A DNA stretch of 64,000 nt from the NCBI RefSeq assembly GCF_963853765.1, contig NC_088855.1:20088001-20152000 (forward strand). The letters are read 5' to 3'. Below are positions 49,241 to 62,311 of this stretch, piece by piece. The notes under the pieces were generated by a model. That model was given only the letters and a program-made list of their open reading frames with translations. It did not search any database and had not been told where the DNA came from. Source of the DNA: Magallana gigas (Eukaryota). Both the position numbers and the translations under genes were made by a program. Every line of letters starts with the position of its first letter. Position 1 is the first letter of the stretch.

Positions 49241-52007
49241 GAGTGATCTCCAATATCCCATAGCATTTTTATTTAGACCTGACATGAATTGTAAATACGC
49301 ATTGTTACCCTTTTATCTCCGACTACCGCCATATTAGTTGACGATTTATATTGCTCATCGCTACACACCCGTATATAAGGCAGCACTTTTCATGCTTTAT
49401 CGCATTCAAGTGGTATTTCATTCGTCGAACACCCGAAGTTACATAAATGATAAAAAAGAACAAGAAGATCAAATTTTGATTTGAATGGTTTTTGTGTCAA
49501 GTGACTTATAACTTATGAAACGTCAACGTTTAGTGAAATTAACATTTGGTAAAAAAAAGAAATTCTGTTCATTATGCTATCATAAACGCTAGTATCAATT
49601 ACAGATATTGCTAATAATCTACAATCCTAGAGCTTTTAGGTATACTATAGTTATGTGAATAAATGTAATTTAAATATGGCTTTAGGACCCCAAAATAACT
49701 GATAGATAGATAAACATGACTTGTACACACATACAATTTATTTTTCAAGGAGTAGAGATTAAAAAATAAACCACTGCATCAACTACATGATCGAAGCATG
49801 ATCGAAATCAACATGTAGCATCCCCTCCCTTGATTAGGGGTAGGTGAGGTTAGTACCAGCGATTGTCTAACTGCACGTCCCAAGATAAATTCACACACAC
49901 ATAATTACATTTGAATGCTAATCCTTGATCTACTTATTCCCAAATCATAATGGGGGTATATATAAAACCTACAATCCCCATTTGTAGCAAGTGAAAGATG
50001 ACCACTTGTTCTGAAGCAAAGGTAGTGATTAGCTACCTTTGTGTACTTCCGAGTTTTTTTTTTTCATAACTTTGTTAATTTCAGTTCTTTTCTGGTCCAT
50101 CCCTCAAAGATGTGTAATGCCAATATACACACCTGGGTAGCAAACAAGGCCAGCCGGGTGTTTGTTCAAAATGAAAAGAGCATTTTGCCTATATAATTGA
50201 AGACTTGGAAGTTACATCATAGAAGTTAGTTCATTTGACCAGGAATTAAAACTTGACCCATTTGGAGTAGATTAGTTGTTTTTTAATAACAGCAATTTTT
50301 TCCTCGATTCGGTGCAACTTCTGTGCTCGGACACCATTCCGGGCTGGCAGTTTGAAATTATTGTACGCGGGCTGTGCCCAGCCTCTTTTCTCGTTCAACA
50401 AGAAAAAGATGATTCGACTTTCCAGACAGAAACACAAAAATCCTGATTTAACTTATCCAAGGATTTAATAATTGATTTAATAATTGATAGACTTTGTATA
50501 AAAAAAAAACTAAAGGAGGGGGACTTAATGAACCTGGAATGTTCTTACTGGTGTAGTTTCGGCTTAATGCTTACCTCGATCCAACTTTACTTGAACGCCA
50601 AGATGTCAATTTTGGTCGCTGTGGTATCGGACGACAACAAAAAGCCAAACCAATTAAATTTTATACTTCGATATTCATCAAATAATTTTGACCATGAGAC
50701 ACGATCCGTAAGCTGGTTAATTAAATATAATGAGCTGTTTGTTTGCACTGGAAATAACTGGTAGTAACCGGTAGTTGATGAAGATAAAGAAGTTAAAACT
50801 ATTAATGGTTGATCCATGTATAATGATTGTAAAATTGCCAAAAAATTTGTTCATTTATTCAATAAAAAAGTATGGTAAAAATTAAAAATGATTTGTTAGA
50901 AGTATTCCAACCGACCCATTGAAATGGTCCCTTCCCGAGAATTTTTTCAGTTTTGGTTTTTTTAATTAATTGTCCGTGTGATATTAAAAATTCATTTGAT
51001 TATGTTTTTGTATTAATAAATAGCTTTATCAGTAAAAGAAAAAAAAAGTTTAATTATCAATTATCTATTTGTGGTGTTAAGGAACACTGCCTAAAATCAA
51101 AAGTCCAAAGGAAAAATACATAACAGGAGCAGATCAAACATGGACCTCTAAACAAATTAGAAGAAGTGTAAATGCTAAGGAGGAGTGAATATCATCTGCT
51201 GACCGGTCACAACTGCAAGAAAAAATATTTTAAAAAATAAACGAATAAACTACGTACCACCCCACTATGAACACTTTGCGTTGGAGTACATCAATCATTT
51301 ATATAATTAATTCTGACCTGTTTTTTGTTTTTGTTTGTTTGTCTGGTTTTTTTTTTATATTTTGCCTGAAATTTTAATACGACGCAAATAAAAGTATCCT
51401 ATTATATCTCTACCTGTTAATCAATCAAAGAACTTTTCAAATATGTTGTTTATTTAACAATCACACTATCAATATCAAGTTTTCTCTTTTAACATTTTAA
51501 TAATGAATTAATGTTTCAATTTTTAAAAACCATTCAATATATAACAACCACACAGTAAAGGTTTGCCTCTATTTTTTACATTTGAAATACAATCTGGAGA
51601 AATTTTAAAATTTTCTTATAGATATTTCATCATTCCTTAATATACAAGTACATATAATGTTTAGATGTTATTTGGGGGAAATTGCAAATCTCAGTGTTAC
51701 TTTTGAAAAGAATTATAAAAAGAAGTACATTAAATGTGTTTGAACACCTTGAATCTATTTGTACTTAGAAATCTGATTTTCCATTGATTTTCAATGTACC
51801 ACTTGTATTGTTAGAGGGCAGGATGTGATTATACTACAAGACAATTGACAATGTACACCATACAGACCGTTAGAAAGTCTTTAAGTAACGAATAGATCAA
51901 ATTAAGACTTCCGTGTGATATACACATATCTTCAGACTACAAACATGCATTCTGACATAATCAATTTGTGCGACGTAAAACATTTTGATCACTCTGCAGA
52001 ATTTGTC

Positions 52008-52126
52008 ATCAGAAAATATGAAGTTCGGAAACTATATATAAAGCTCGTTCGTATCAGAGTCTTTACAGACCTTTGCCTTTCGTTCCTCCAGTGTTCTTCG
52101 TTACCAAACGATTCATTATCTTTAAA
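52008..52126 (+). promoter_or_regulatory. MN4 promoter and non-coding exon 1
   Basis: TATATAAA at 52035, degenerate ATCAGAAA 27 bp upstream, CGGAAA abutting the TATA box, donor AAA|GTAAGT 52126/7. Confidence 0.6.
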
Positions 52127-52331
52127 GTAAGTACCTACGTATAGTTGAAAACAAAGTGACTCTTCTCAAATAATCTTTAATAATAGAAAGAGAAAAAAGT
52201 CCTGACATTTCATAATATCTCAAAGAACTAAAACAAAATTGAAAAACGGTTTTAAATAATTTGTTTATAGTTGTTATTTCAGATTTTTACAAGTTTTACA
52301 AATATTTGTAAGACTATCATTTCTATTTCAG

Positions 52332-53101
52332 ATGGGTTTCATTTTGATGACCGTTACTTGTCTTATTGCTTCAGCAAGTGCCTTTGCAACCTACGGGGGT
52401 AAATGTTTTAAAAGATGTTTCTATAATAACTGGATTAACAAAATTGTTCTATTTCGTTTATTTTATTTGATTTATCTAAAAACCCTATCTTTTAGGAAGA
52501 GCAATTAATGGCAACAACGCCAACATGAATGCCGCCATTAACACGGTGCCAGTCAATATGGGACTGAACACTGGAGCAATGAATGCACTGCCCGCTAATA
52601 TGAATATGGCCGCCATGAATATAATGGCAGCTAACATGGCTAACAACATGAACAGAATGCCAGTAAATATGGCCAACATCAATGGCGCCATGAACGTGAT
52701 GCCAAGTAATTTGGGAGTGAACATGGGCAACAACATGAACACAATGCCAGCTAATATGAATAATCTTGTGAACATGATGATGCCCACCAATAACAATGCC
52801 AATATGCTGAACAATTTGATACCAGTTAATTTGGGCAACAGAAACAATGTAGCCAGGAATGCCAATATGATGAACGCCGTGAACCTGATGTTGCAGAATG
52901 GTGGAAACAATGGAGTTTTGGGCAATGCAATGATGCCAAACAACATTGGAAATATGGGACCAAATACCAATGTTGGTATAAACATGAAATGTAGGTTACC
53001 TTTAATGCGATTTTCGTCATTCAAATTGTAATGGTGTACTCTACCCAAATCAAAATACTAATTTGCTGATTTACTTTACAGCCGCCTACGCAACCTATTA
53101 A
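52332..53101 (+). CDS. Secreted Met/Asn-rich protein MN4, 193 aa; exons 52332-52398, 52496-52990, 53082-53101
   Basis: MGFILMTVTCLIASASA-FATYGG-R...INMK-SAYATY*. The core is more Leu/Val/Ile-substituted than in MN1-3. Confidence 0.83.
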
Positions 53102-53785
53102 ACACAATCCAGATGTTTGTACCATCAACGAAAGACCCCGAGGAGCTCTGTCTTGTTCTTCATAGAAAATTAAATTGCATTCCAGAAACATTTTATATGT
53201 TGTGCTCTGTATTTTTTCTTGCTATTTAAAAGTAACTTGTATCGATAGTCTGCGATTCTTTTCTAGATAAAGCCAATTTATAGTAAGCAGCTATTAAGCG
53301 TAAAGGTATTGCATAACAATAATAAAACAATATGCTCAAACAAACAGCATTTATATTCGGAAAACGTTTTCGATTTTATCATGACACAAAGATCAAATGA
53401 ATACTACATTAAATTAACAAAATGTAGGTTTGACAGTAGCTGTTCTTTCTATTTGATGAAACGCTGATTTGATGGGGGGAAATGCTGAAGTTTATTACAA
53501 ATTCTAGGCAAGGAGTAAAATTTAGAAATCAAAATCAAGGACAACATAATGAAATAAAATTTAGATACTTGAACAAAAAAACTAATTGAACATTTTCCGC
53601 CAGATAGTTAAACTAAAATCCCACTTTTCCAAACATCTTTAAAAATCTTGAGTTTTGAAAATGGAGTCTTTTTACTGTTATTTAAGTACATGTTATAATT
53701 TTGAAATTTCTTTGCAAACCTACTTTTCGTTGTCTTTAAGATTTTTTTATGGTACAAGCCGATTGCCTTTTTAGGTATTAATATT

Positions 53786-54027
53786 CTATAATGATTTGGT
53801 GTAGAAAAATAATCAACACATTTACGACACATTTATTATTATTATTGACATTATAATTTTCATAAAATTCGAAGACAAAATCATATCTTAATTTATCGAA
53901 AAAAAACTATAATGATTTGGTATAGAAAAATAAACAACACATTTACGACACATTTATTATTATTATTGACATTATAATTTTCATAAAATTCGAAGACACA
54001 ATCATATCTTAATTTATCGAAAAAAAA
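53786..54027 (+). repeat. 121-bp direct tandem duplication
   Basis: CTATAATGATTTGGT.TAGAAAAATAA... occurs at 53786 and 53907. Confidence 0.9.
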
Positions 54028-56954
54028 TTATACACATGTATATAGTAATATTGTTTATCCTTATAATAAAAACATTATGACCTTGTTTACAAAAAAAAAA
54101 CTATTGCGGTAATTCACGATGCGGAAATCACTGGAAAATGGAAATAGAAAAAATCTTACTTAAGAATGTTTGTTGGTTTGACCACAAACCACTTGGGTTA
54201 ACCTACTTCGAATTTGATATGCATCGTTTACACATTAGTGAAATTATTCCTGATTATGCAAAACATTTTTGACAGATTATTTGCGTTACTTGTTCCAATA
54301 TGAATTTATATTAATACTGTTGATATTAAAATGAATATGTATATGATACGAAATAATAATTAACTTTTTTAAATGGAGATTTACCGCCATATTAATCTAA
54401 TTTAACAAAATAAAAAGGCGAAATTTATTATCGTTACATATAATGCAAATCATTGAATGAATTTTTTAAATTGTAATTAAAATTGAAATTGAAACTGACC
54501 ATAGGGACTTCTTTATCATGTTTGTAATGCACGAATTATTTAAACAATAATTTATGGAAAGTTTTTTTTTGGTAAAAATTTCTTTCACAAGCTCATGAGT
54601 CTAGGTATAGAGTTAAACCATCCTTATAATTTCTTTTAAGGATTCTTCTCACTTGTTTTGTAAAAGTAATTTGTTTTGTTTCGTAGGCAAATTACATTGT
54701 GAGGACAATTTACTCAAGAATACACAAAATAGTACCCTTTGAATAAAGAACTCTTTTCAAATGCAAAAGGGTCAATGTCGCGTTATAATGTGCAATTTGC
54801 CGTATTGTATTACTGAAAGCATGGGGGAGGGGTCCCAAAATAATCCCTTGCCCCTTATTTGTAATTTTGAGGTTGGATCAAAATGAAAGTGAAGCAAACA
54901 TATTCTAACTTAATATTTATGAGATAAACTTGCATATTGTTCCTTCCTACGTTTATTTCAAAAGTCTGTGCAGCTCCTCATGTTTGGGTTTCTGATTAAT
55001 ATGTCACTAACTAGATTCTTTTTAGGGTATTGTTACGCATATAATTATTCATGGGTACTGTATACGTTAAACTTGTCTTGTTAACGCTAGGGTTGTTATA
55101 ATACACTTTACGATATTTTTCTCATTAGTTGATAACGACAATTAAGAGGACTAGAGTGTCAGGACCATTTTTAGACTATTTAAATCTTATTGGAGAAAAG
55201 TGCTCTATATAAAGATAAAAGACAATAACCACGTTTTAGTTTATATAAATGAAATGTTTTTACTAAATATTAATATACAGCTAATCAATTTTTTTTAAAA
55301 TATGAAGTGAATCTGATAAATTTTTGTTGACATCCGATCCTACAAAAAAGAAATCAAATTAAATTTTTTTTTCATATTCTTATAAATTCACAAGAGTTTC
55401 TAAAATTTGATCCTATGTTAAAATATGAAACGTTGAGAAAAATGTTAGGAAAGGACTTTATACTGCACATTCAACTTTAACAGATACAGTTTATGGTGTT
55501 TTTGTTTTATTTTAAATATTAATTCGGTGGTGTTATGATTAATTTCAGATTGTTTATCATAGCATAGAACAACAATTTTAAGTTGTACTTGGGAATATTA
55601 ACTTGGTAGGTTGTGTGAATCAAATTTTATGATGCTTGAAGAACTTGATTTAATCACATACCAGCCAAGAAAGACAATTGAAAGATTGCTACACTATTCT
55701 GTTAATTAACTCGGGAGTAATGTTTGGACAGAACGTGTATAAAAAAATTACCAGCAGTATTCAAGATACAGAGATATTATATAGGTTAACCCATAAAGAC
55801 ATTGTAATGACTTACTTTAGAAGATTTAAGAGTGTTCAAATTATTAATTGACAATTTTTAAACAAAATAGTAAAACATGTATGGTCAATGATGATATAAA
55901 GCGTTTAAAAATTTGTCCTGTATAGTTATTAGACAAAACATGAATCAGAGCTTAGGAAACTATTAGAAAAATAATGAGAACATTTTACACTTTACAATTG
56001 TAAAAAAGATAACATTCATCCCCTCTTAAGTGAAAACCCTAAATAGACTAAACCAATTTTTGTAAAGACCTTCTTACTCATCCAACGCATGACTTATATG
56101 TACGTTGCCTAACAGTTATCAAGAAGGAGAGAAGATTATGGAAAAAAAATTAATCCACAAAAGGTGATGTAACTTATGACCTCCCTGCAGTAAAATTCTC
56201 TACTCCAGAAGTCATGAAAAAATATGGTGAAAGGCTTCACGTTCTTTCTAACTATGCAGAAAGTTTCTATTCAGTGTTACTAAAAGAAAAGAAGAAGGTT
56301 TATAAACATCATATACGCTACTACAATATGATCATTTCTGTCACGCCCTGCAGTGAGAACACTATCCGACGTCATATTATCTACAATTTAAGCAGAATGA
56401 TTTATTGTCGTTTTAAAAACGCAAGACAACAACGGACAATCACAAATTGCAAAAGGTCACCAAAGAGACTCAATCAAGCCACCTTAAAACAAAATAAATG
56501 TTTATTTGTAAATCATGCAACATACAGATTAAGAAATGTTTTTCTTTCGAGTAATTTTTAAAATCAAAATTAATCATTAGTTTATCATCAGATAATTATG
56601 ACAAACCTAAAACATTAAATTAAACCGCATTATAAATAAACGTTTAAGCATTTTATATAACACGTTACTCATAAAAAGATACGCTTAATAATTGAGGACA
56701 CTTAGAATTCATTTGCTTTTTGAAACATTTTACCATTGATTTCTCAATAAGAAACTTATTGTACGTAGACAGGATGCGAATATACAAGAGAATTTACAAT
56801 GTACATTATACAGAAATTTAACAAGACCGACAGGACTAACAGATCGAATTCAGACTTCCCTGTGGTAAAAACAAAATTTCAGACCACATACATACGATTT
56901 AACATGACCAAGATGTTCGTCATCAAAGATTTTGATCACTCTGCAGAAATTGTG

Positions 56955-57071
56955 ATTAGAAAAATAATTTTCTAAACTATATATAAAGCATGGTCTTATC
57001 AAAAACTTCACAGTCCTTTGTATTTCGTTTTCTCTGTGAGCTACGTTGCCAAGCATTAAATTATCTTTAAA
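56955..57071 (+). promoter_or_regulatory. MN5 promoter and non-coding exon 1
   Basis: TATATAAA 56980. Upstream block TTTTGATCACTCTGCAGAA shared with MN4. Donor AAA|GTAAGT 57071/2. Confidence 0.6.
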
Positions 57072-57195
57072 GTAAGTACCTACCTATGGAGGTATTAAAT
57101 ATTTTGAATTTAGCACAAGAATTAAGTAGTAGAAACATAATGTTTTGTTGCATATATCTTCTCCTTTCGTTATATTTGAAAGGTTTTTGTTTCAG

Positions 57196-57942
57196 ATGGG
57201 TTTCTTTTTGATGGCCGTTACTTGTCTTATTGCAACAGCAAGCGCCTTTCCAACATATGGCAGTGGTAAATGTTTTTAAAAGAATATATCTACAAATATA
57301 ATGTACGAACTACTAAAATTCTTCCATATTTGAATTTATTTCAATTTTTTTTTAAGGAAGAGCAAATAATGGCAATAATGGCAACAACAATGCAGCCATT
57401 AACATGCTGCCTGTGAATATGGGACTAAACACTGGAGCAGTGAATACAATGCCCGCTAATATGAATGTAGCCGCCGTGAATATGATGGCGACTAACATGG
57501 GCAACAACTTGGCAATGCCAGGTAATATGGGCCTGAACAACAATGGCGCTTTGAACATCATGCCAGGAACTATGGGTATAAATATGATGCCAGCCAATAT
57601 CGGCATCAACATGAACAATATACCAGCTAACAGGTATAATGCTGTAAACATGATGCTAGCAGCTAATATGGGCAACAACAACAATGGAGCCATTAATGCC
57701 AATATGATGAACGCTGCGAACATGATGATGGTGAATGGCGTAAATAATGGAGCTATGGGCAATATAATGACCCCAAACAACATTGGAAATATAATGGGAC
57801 TAAATACCAATGCTGGTATGAATATGAAATGTAAGTTAGCTTGAATACAAATATTTTGAAAACTCTAATGGATTATAGACGTTTAAAAATACTAACATGA
57901 AGTGTTTTTGTTTATTTTACAGCCGCCTATGCAACCTATTAA
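57196..57942 (+). CDS. Secreted Met/Asn-rich protein MN5, 187 aa; exons 57196-57265, 57357-57830, 57923-57942
   Basis: MGFFLMAVTCLIATASA-FPTYGSG-R...MNMK-SAYATY*. Confidence 0.83.
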
Positions 57943-60900
57943 ACACAATGCAGAGGTTTGTACCATCAACGAAAGACCCCGAAGAGCTCGGTTTTATTCT
58001 TCATAGATAATAAAAATACATGGCAATATTATATACTGTTTTGTTTTCCTATTATTTAAATATTGATTTCTTACAAGTTCTTTTTTCATGAGAACACTTA
58101 CAATTTAGCGTGCCTTTTGACATACTTATATATTGGATTTTATTTGATGTATAAGACAATGTGGACAATATATTCAAATCCATTATTTGTAGTATGGTAA
58201 AGAATTAATAATGATTCGAAATAAACTTGATAAACAGCAAAGATGTTTTTAACTTTGCAAGTGTCGCTGTGCGTCTAATCTTAGCATAGATTTACGATAT
58301 TATTAGAATATTTATTGCTGAGTGACATGCAATTTCTTATAAACATTATCTTAAATTTCATATTTCCAAATAAGTTTTTGATATAATTTCCAAAAGTTTA
58401 TGACAATAATATTTATTTATAGAAGGACAAGGGGGGAAAGTTCACGGTCGTTTATTTTTTTAAATCAAAGTACTCAAAGTCCTGGAAAGCACTAAGCCAG
58501 CCTTATTGCTTCTTTTTCAAATGTTAATTGTTAATATTTTTAACTCATAATTATACAGAAAGTATAAACAAAATTTCATGAAAATGCATGATATGTATGA
58601 GACCCTGACCATACCTTTTCGATCAATTTGAAGAGAGGAGTTTGTAATGCATATTAACTGATCAGTCAGCCCACGGACCGATTAATTAGGTTTTGATAAC
58701 CGAATTGTGCTTTGTAATTTGATTGTGCTTGTGTACATTGGAATTCTGGAAAGGAATAAGACAGTCCGTGTTAACGAAATTCGAAGTTATGAAACCGATT
58801 GTCACTGGGTTCCGGAGTCCGCATATATATATTTCTCGAATTTGAATTTGAGGATATATCTTGACAGTTGTTTGAAATTCAGAGAGCGAACTTTGCAAAG
58901 TTAAGAGTCTAATAAATAAATAGGTGTTCAGTCATACATTGCACCGCTGCAAGCCTGTTTCTTATCCTACAGTCATAAAAGTAAAGTGTACAAACTCAAA
59001 TATACACCCGCATAATAGTATTGTTCCGGAAACTATATATCTTGTATATTTATAGAGTATTCGCTTTTGATCAAAATTAATATTCTGCTGGCTGACTTTA
59101 TTACTTTTTTTAAAAGCTAACATTGTTATTTATATATATATTTAATATAAATAAAGTGAACGGCAAGTTTTGAATACACTTAAAAAAAAAGACTGACCGT
59201 ACCTTTTCACCAATTAAGACCATAAAATCTGACTAAATGTCATTGAATTAAAAAATTCACAAAATGCAAGAGAAAAACACGACATGAATCAATAGATCAA
59301 AGTTACACAACAAATATTTTAAAAATATCATGTTAATAAATTTGTCGGCCTTTGAGGGTCTCAAATTTTGTCAATGTAAACTTTTGATATAGCGACAAGA
59401 CAAGGAAATATCTCTGATCGCATGCTTTGACACTCCGAGATCAGCACCACTGACCATCCTTTGTTTACATCGCACAGCGGTCATCCAACATGTGTCTAAT
59501 ATTAGCAGCATGGAATGCTTTGTGGCATGTTTAGTTGTGTAATCGGCAATGCACCCTCAGATTTCACTAATATTGTGAAAGTTTGCAATTTTTTCTGATC
59601 TTGACTAAATAAACCCACAACTCTACGTTCTTTTTGCAAAACGTGGAATCTAAATACTAACTTAGGGATTACCACGATTACCATGATCTTGCTTTTTTTA
59701 GAATACGAGCGGTCGGTCAGCATGATCACTATGTGGCGCTTATAAAAAGATCATGAGATTGGTGCATCCCTAATAAGCGCTAGCGCATGCGCTGGATAAA
59801 AAACATCTAAAAGTACATTTTTCATTAATTTGCAAAGTATTGGTTTGTGCCAACTTCAATTAGGGCTTTATGACAATTCGAAAATTCTATCCCGTGTTTA
59901 CTTTCTTTATTTAAATGCATTTTTAAAATATTGGCGGAATGAGGTATTAAAGGTGTTTTTTTAAATAATTTGTTCTAAATATTTTGTACAAAGGCAGAAG
60001 GTTTTTATTGAATCACAAATCATGTAAAGTAATAAAAGATAGATTTATATCCCAACTGCTTTATGTATAAATGTGTTTCAACTTTAGACCTGTACTTTAG
60101 ATTTAGCAATGCTATTTAACGTAGATTGTGTAATATTGATTTGTCTTTGGGAGTCCAACATTTTTTGTGCACCGTAAAGTGCAACTACTTGATAGAATCT
60201 GAACTGTAGCTCCAAGGACGTCCACCCGATTTTTTGCAGACCAGAGCAACAGACCAGCAGCTGAAACTTATTCTTAAAATAAAATTCTTCATTTTTTCAG
60301 TTCCAAGCATTTAAAAAAAATTTGGATAATGCAAAATATATCGGTTATCACGTATCTTCAAAGTGTTTAAATTTATATGGTTTAGCTACAAGAATGTATT
60401 CATCATATAAGTCAAAAGCAAAGATCAATATCAGTCTGTTTTTATTTTTTAAAAAATAAGATATCTAATTGTTGATAAATCGTCATATGAGTCATACAAA
60501 TTTACTAACTTGAACAGGATGTGAATGTTAAATCTGGATTGCCATTTGTATTGTAGACAGGAAACCATATCTAGTATCGTATTGTTTACATATTTAACAT
60601 GTAATAACATTATAAAACTCATCTTATGGTAGATTTTCAACATAGCAACGATTTATAAATTTTAAAATTCTTCAGCTTACTTTTTATATATAAAACGAAT
60701 TACATGTATTGTTGATTCAACATGCATTAGCTAAGAACCATTAACAGACTCTAATTCAAGTTATGACTTAACCCATTTAATCGTCATTTTAATATACAAC
60801 ATATTCAATGAAGTTCAATGAAGTTTTAAGCCTTTGCAATACATCGTAAGTCCTTTTCAAATAAAAAAAGAACATATTATGCAGCAATAGTTTTTTGAAA

Positions 60901-61522
60901 TTTACTTTCCTTCCATGTTTGTGAAATTGTGTTGTAAAAATAATATACACTGTAATAATAAATGCCTGGAATCGACTAAAGCATGTTTTCTATATTTAAC
61001 TCAGCTTAATTCAATATAAGTAGTTAAAATCTAATAAGCAAGAACATGACATTTTTGTCGCAAGTTACAATAATATTAGGGAGTGTTTATACTCTGAAAT
61101 GTTTCACATTGATGCTTTAAAAATAAATACATCAGAATATTTCTTCCTTGTGTGTAGGTTTTTGTATGCTTCATCAAAGTTATATATATATATATATATA
61201 TGATTTAAGTTTGAAAAAAATTAAAAACAAACTACATCAAAATATTATTATATCACTATGAAGCATTTCTTGCTATTTTGATAATACATAGATTCTGTTG
61301 TGACGGAATTGTTCTTTAAGCTTCTTCTAGAGGGCGAGAAAAGTATAGAAAAAGCACACATTTTAAATGATGTCAATGTGCATCATGAACAGTAGAAAAC
61401 CTTGTCCCAGACCAAGAAGAACTATCCTGTCATCAAAATAGAACACGTCTGAGTCAAAACATAAATTCTTACAAGGTTCAGGTGTAAAACATCAGACGTT
61501 ATCATCGGCTGACGAATCTGTA

Positions 61523-61647
61523 ACCGGAAAGTAATAATGTATTATACAACTATATAAACCCAAGTTTCGTTCTGAATCCTCACAACTTTATTTGTCATCC
61601 TCCGGAGTTCTTCGCTGTTCCAACGTTCTCTAGTTCCTTTGTTCATG
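61523..61647 (+). promoter_or_regulatory. MN6 promoter and exon 1
   Basis: TGAGTCA (~61460), ACCGGAAA 61523, TATATAAA 61551, donor ATG|GTAAGT 61647/8. This terminal ATG is in frame with exon 2. Confidence 0.62.
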
Positions 61648-62311
61648 GTAAGTAGAACTTAAGTGGACTGTATGGTCGTGGTCATTTTTACACTATACTA
61701 ATTTCCTTAACAAGAAGACTTCTGTATAAAAATATATAAAAATATTCAAATTTCAAAAGATAAAATATATGGTATTTTTCCTTATTGAATTAAAGCTTAT
61801 AGCTAAATACATCATATCTATAAAAAAAAGAGTTAAGAAAGATGTGATGGTTGATTTGTTGACAACCAAGCCCCCTTTATAGTTGAAAAAGATTTTCAAA
61901 GATCACACAACGTTGGCGATAAAGTCGTTTAGTATAATTCTTTAAAGCTGTAATAAATGATTTGTAGACATTTGTAAAATATGTACTTTGAGATTTTTTG
62001 TCTCTCTTGCTGATTATCTTACATCTTAGAATACTTTTATTTAAGAAGAAATATTTCTGAAGTTTAATAGTTTTCTTTTCGAGTTTTGTAAATTTGTCAT
62101 ATATGAAAGGAATACAAATCTTTCGAAGACACTTAATTTTGAAACATCGTTGTGTTTATGAATTTGTCATGTTTTGAAGGAAGACAAACACATATAAGAC
62201 ACTTTATTTTCAAACATTCAATCTTTGCTATTTTGAAAAAAAAGTGTCAGATTATTTTTTTCAAAGTTTATTTGACGTACTAATGAACTCTGCAATAATT
62301 CCTTGTTTTAG

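Noticed and set aside
35808-57810. Hydrophobic Ile/Leu/Met/Phe-rich minus-strand ORFs opposite MN1-MN5 that look like membrane proteins
   Set aside because: In-register antisense reading of the low-complexity exons, which lack stop-generating triplets. The boundaries track the sense exons.
59700-60300. TATA-like GCTTATAAAAAG, a GCGCATGCGC motif and an acceptor-like TTTTTTGCAG followed by AATAAA
   Set aside because: The pieces could not be joined into a coherent gene or ORF.
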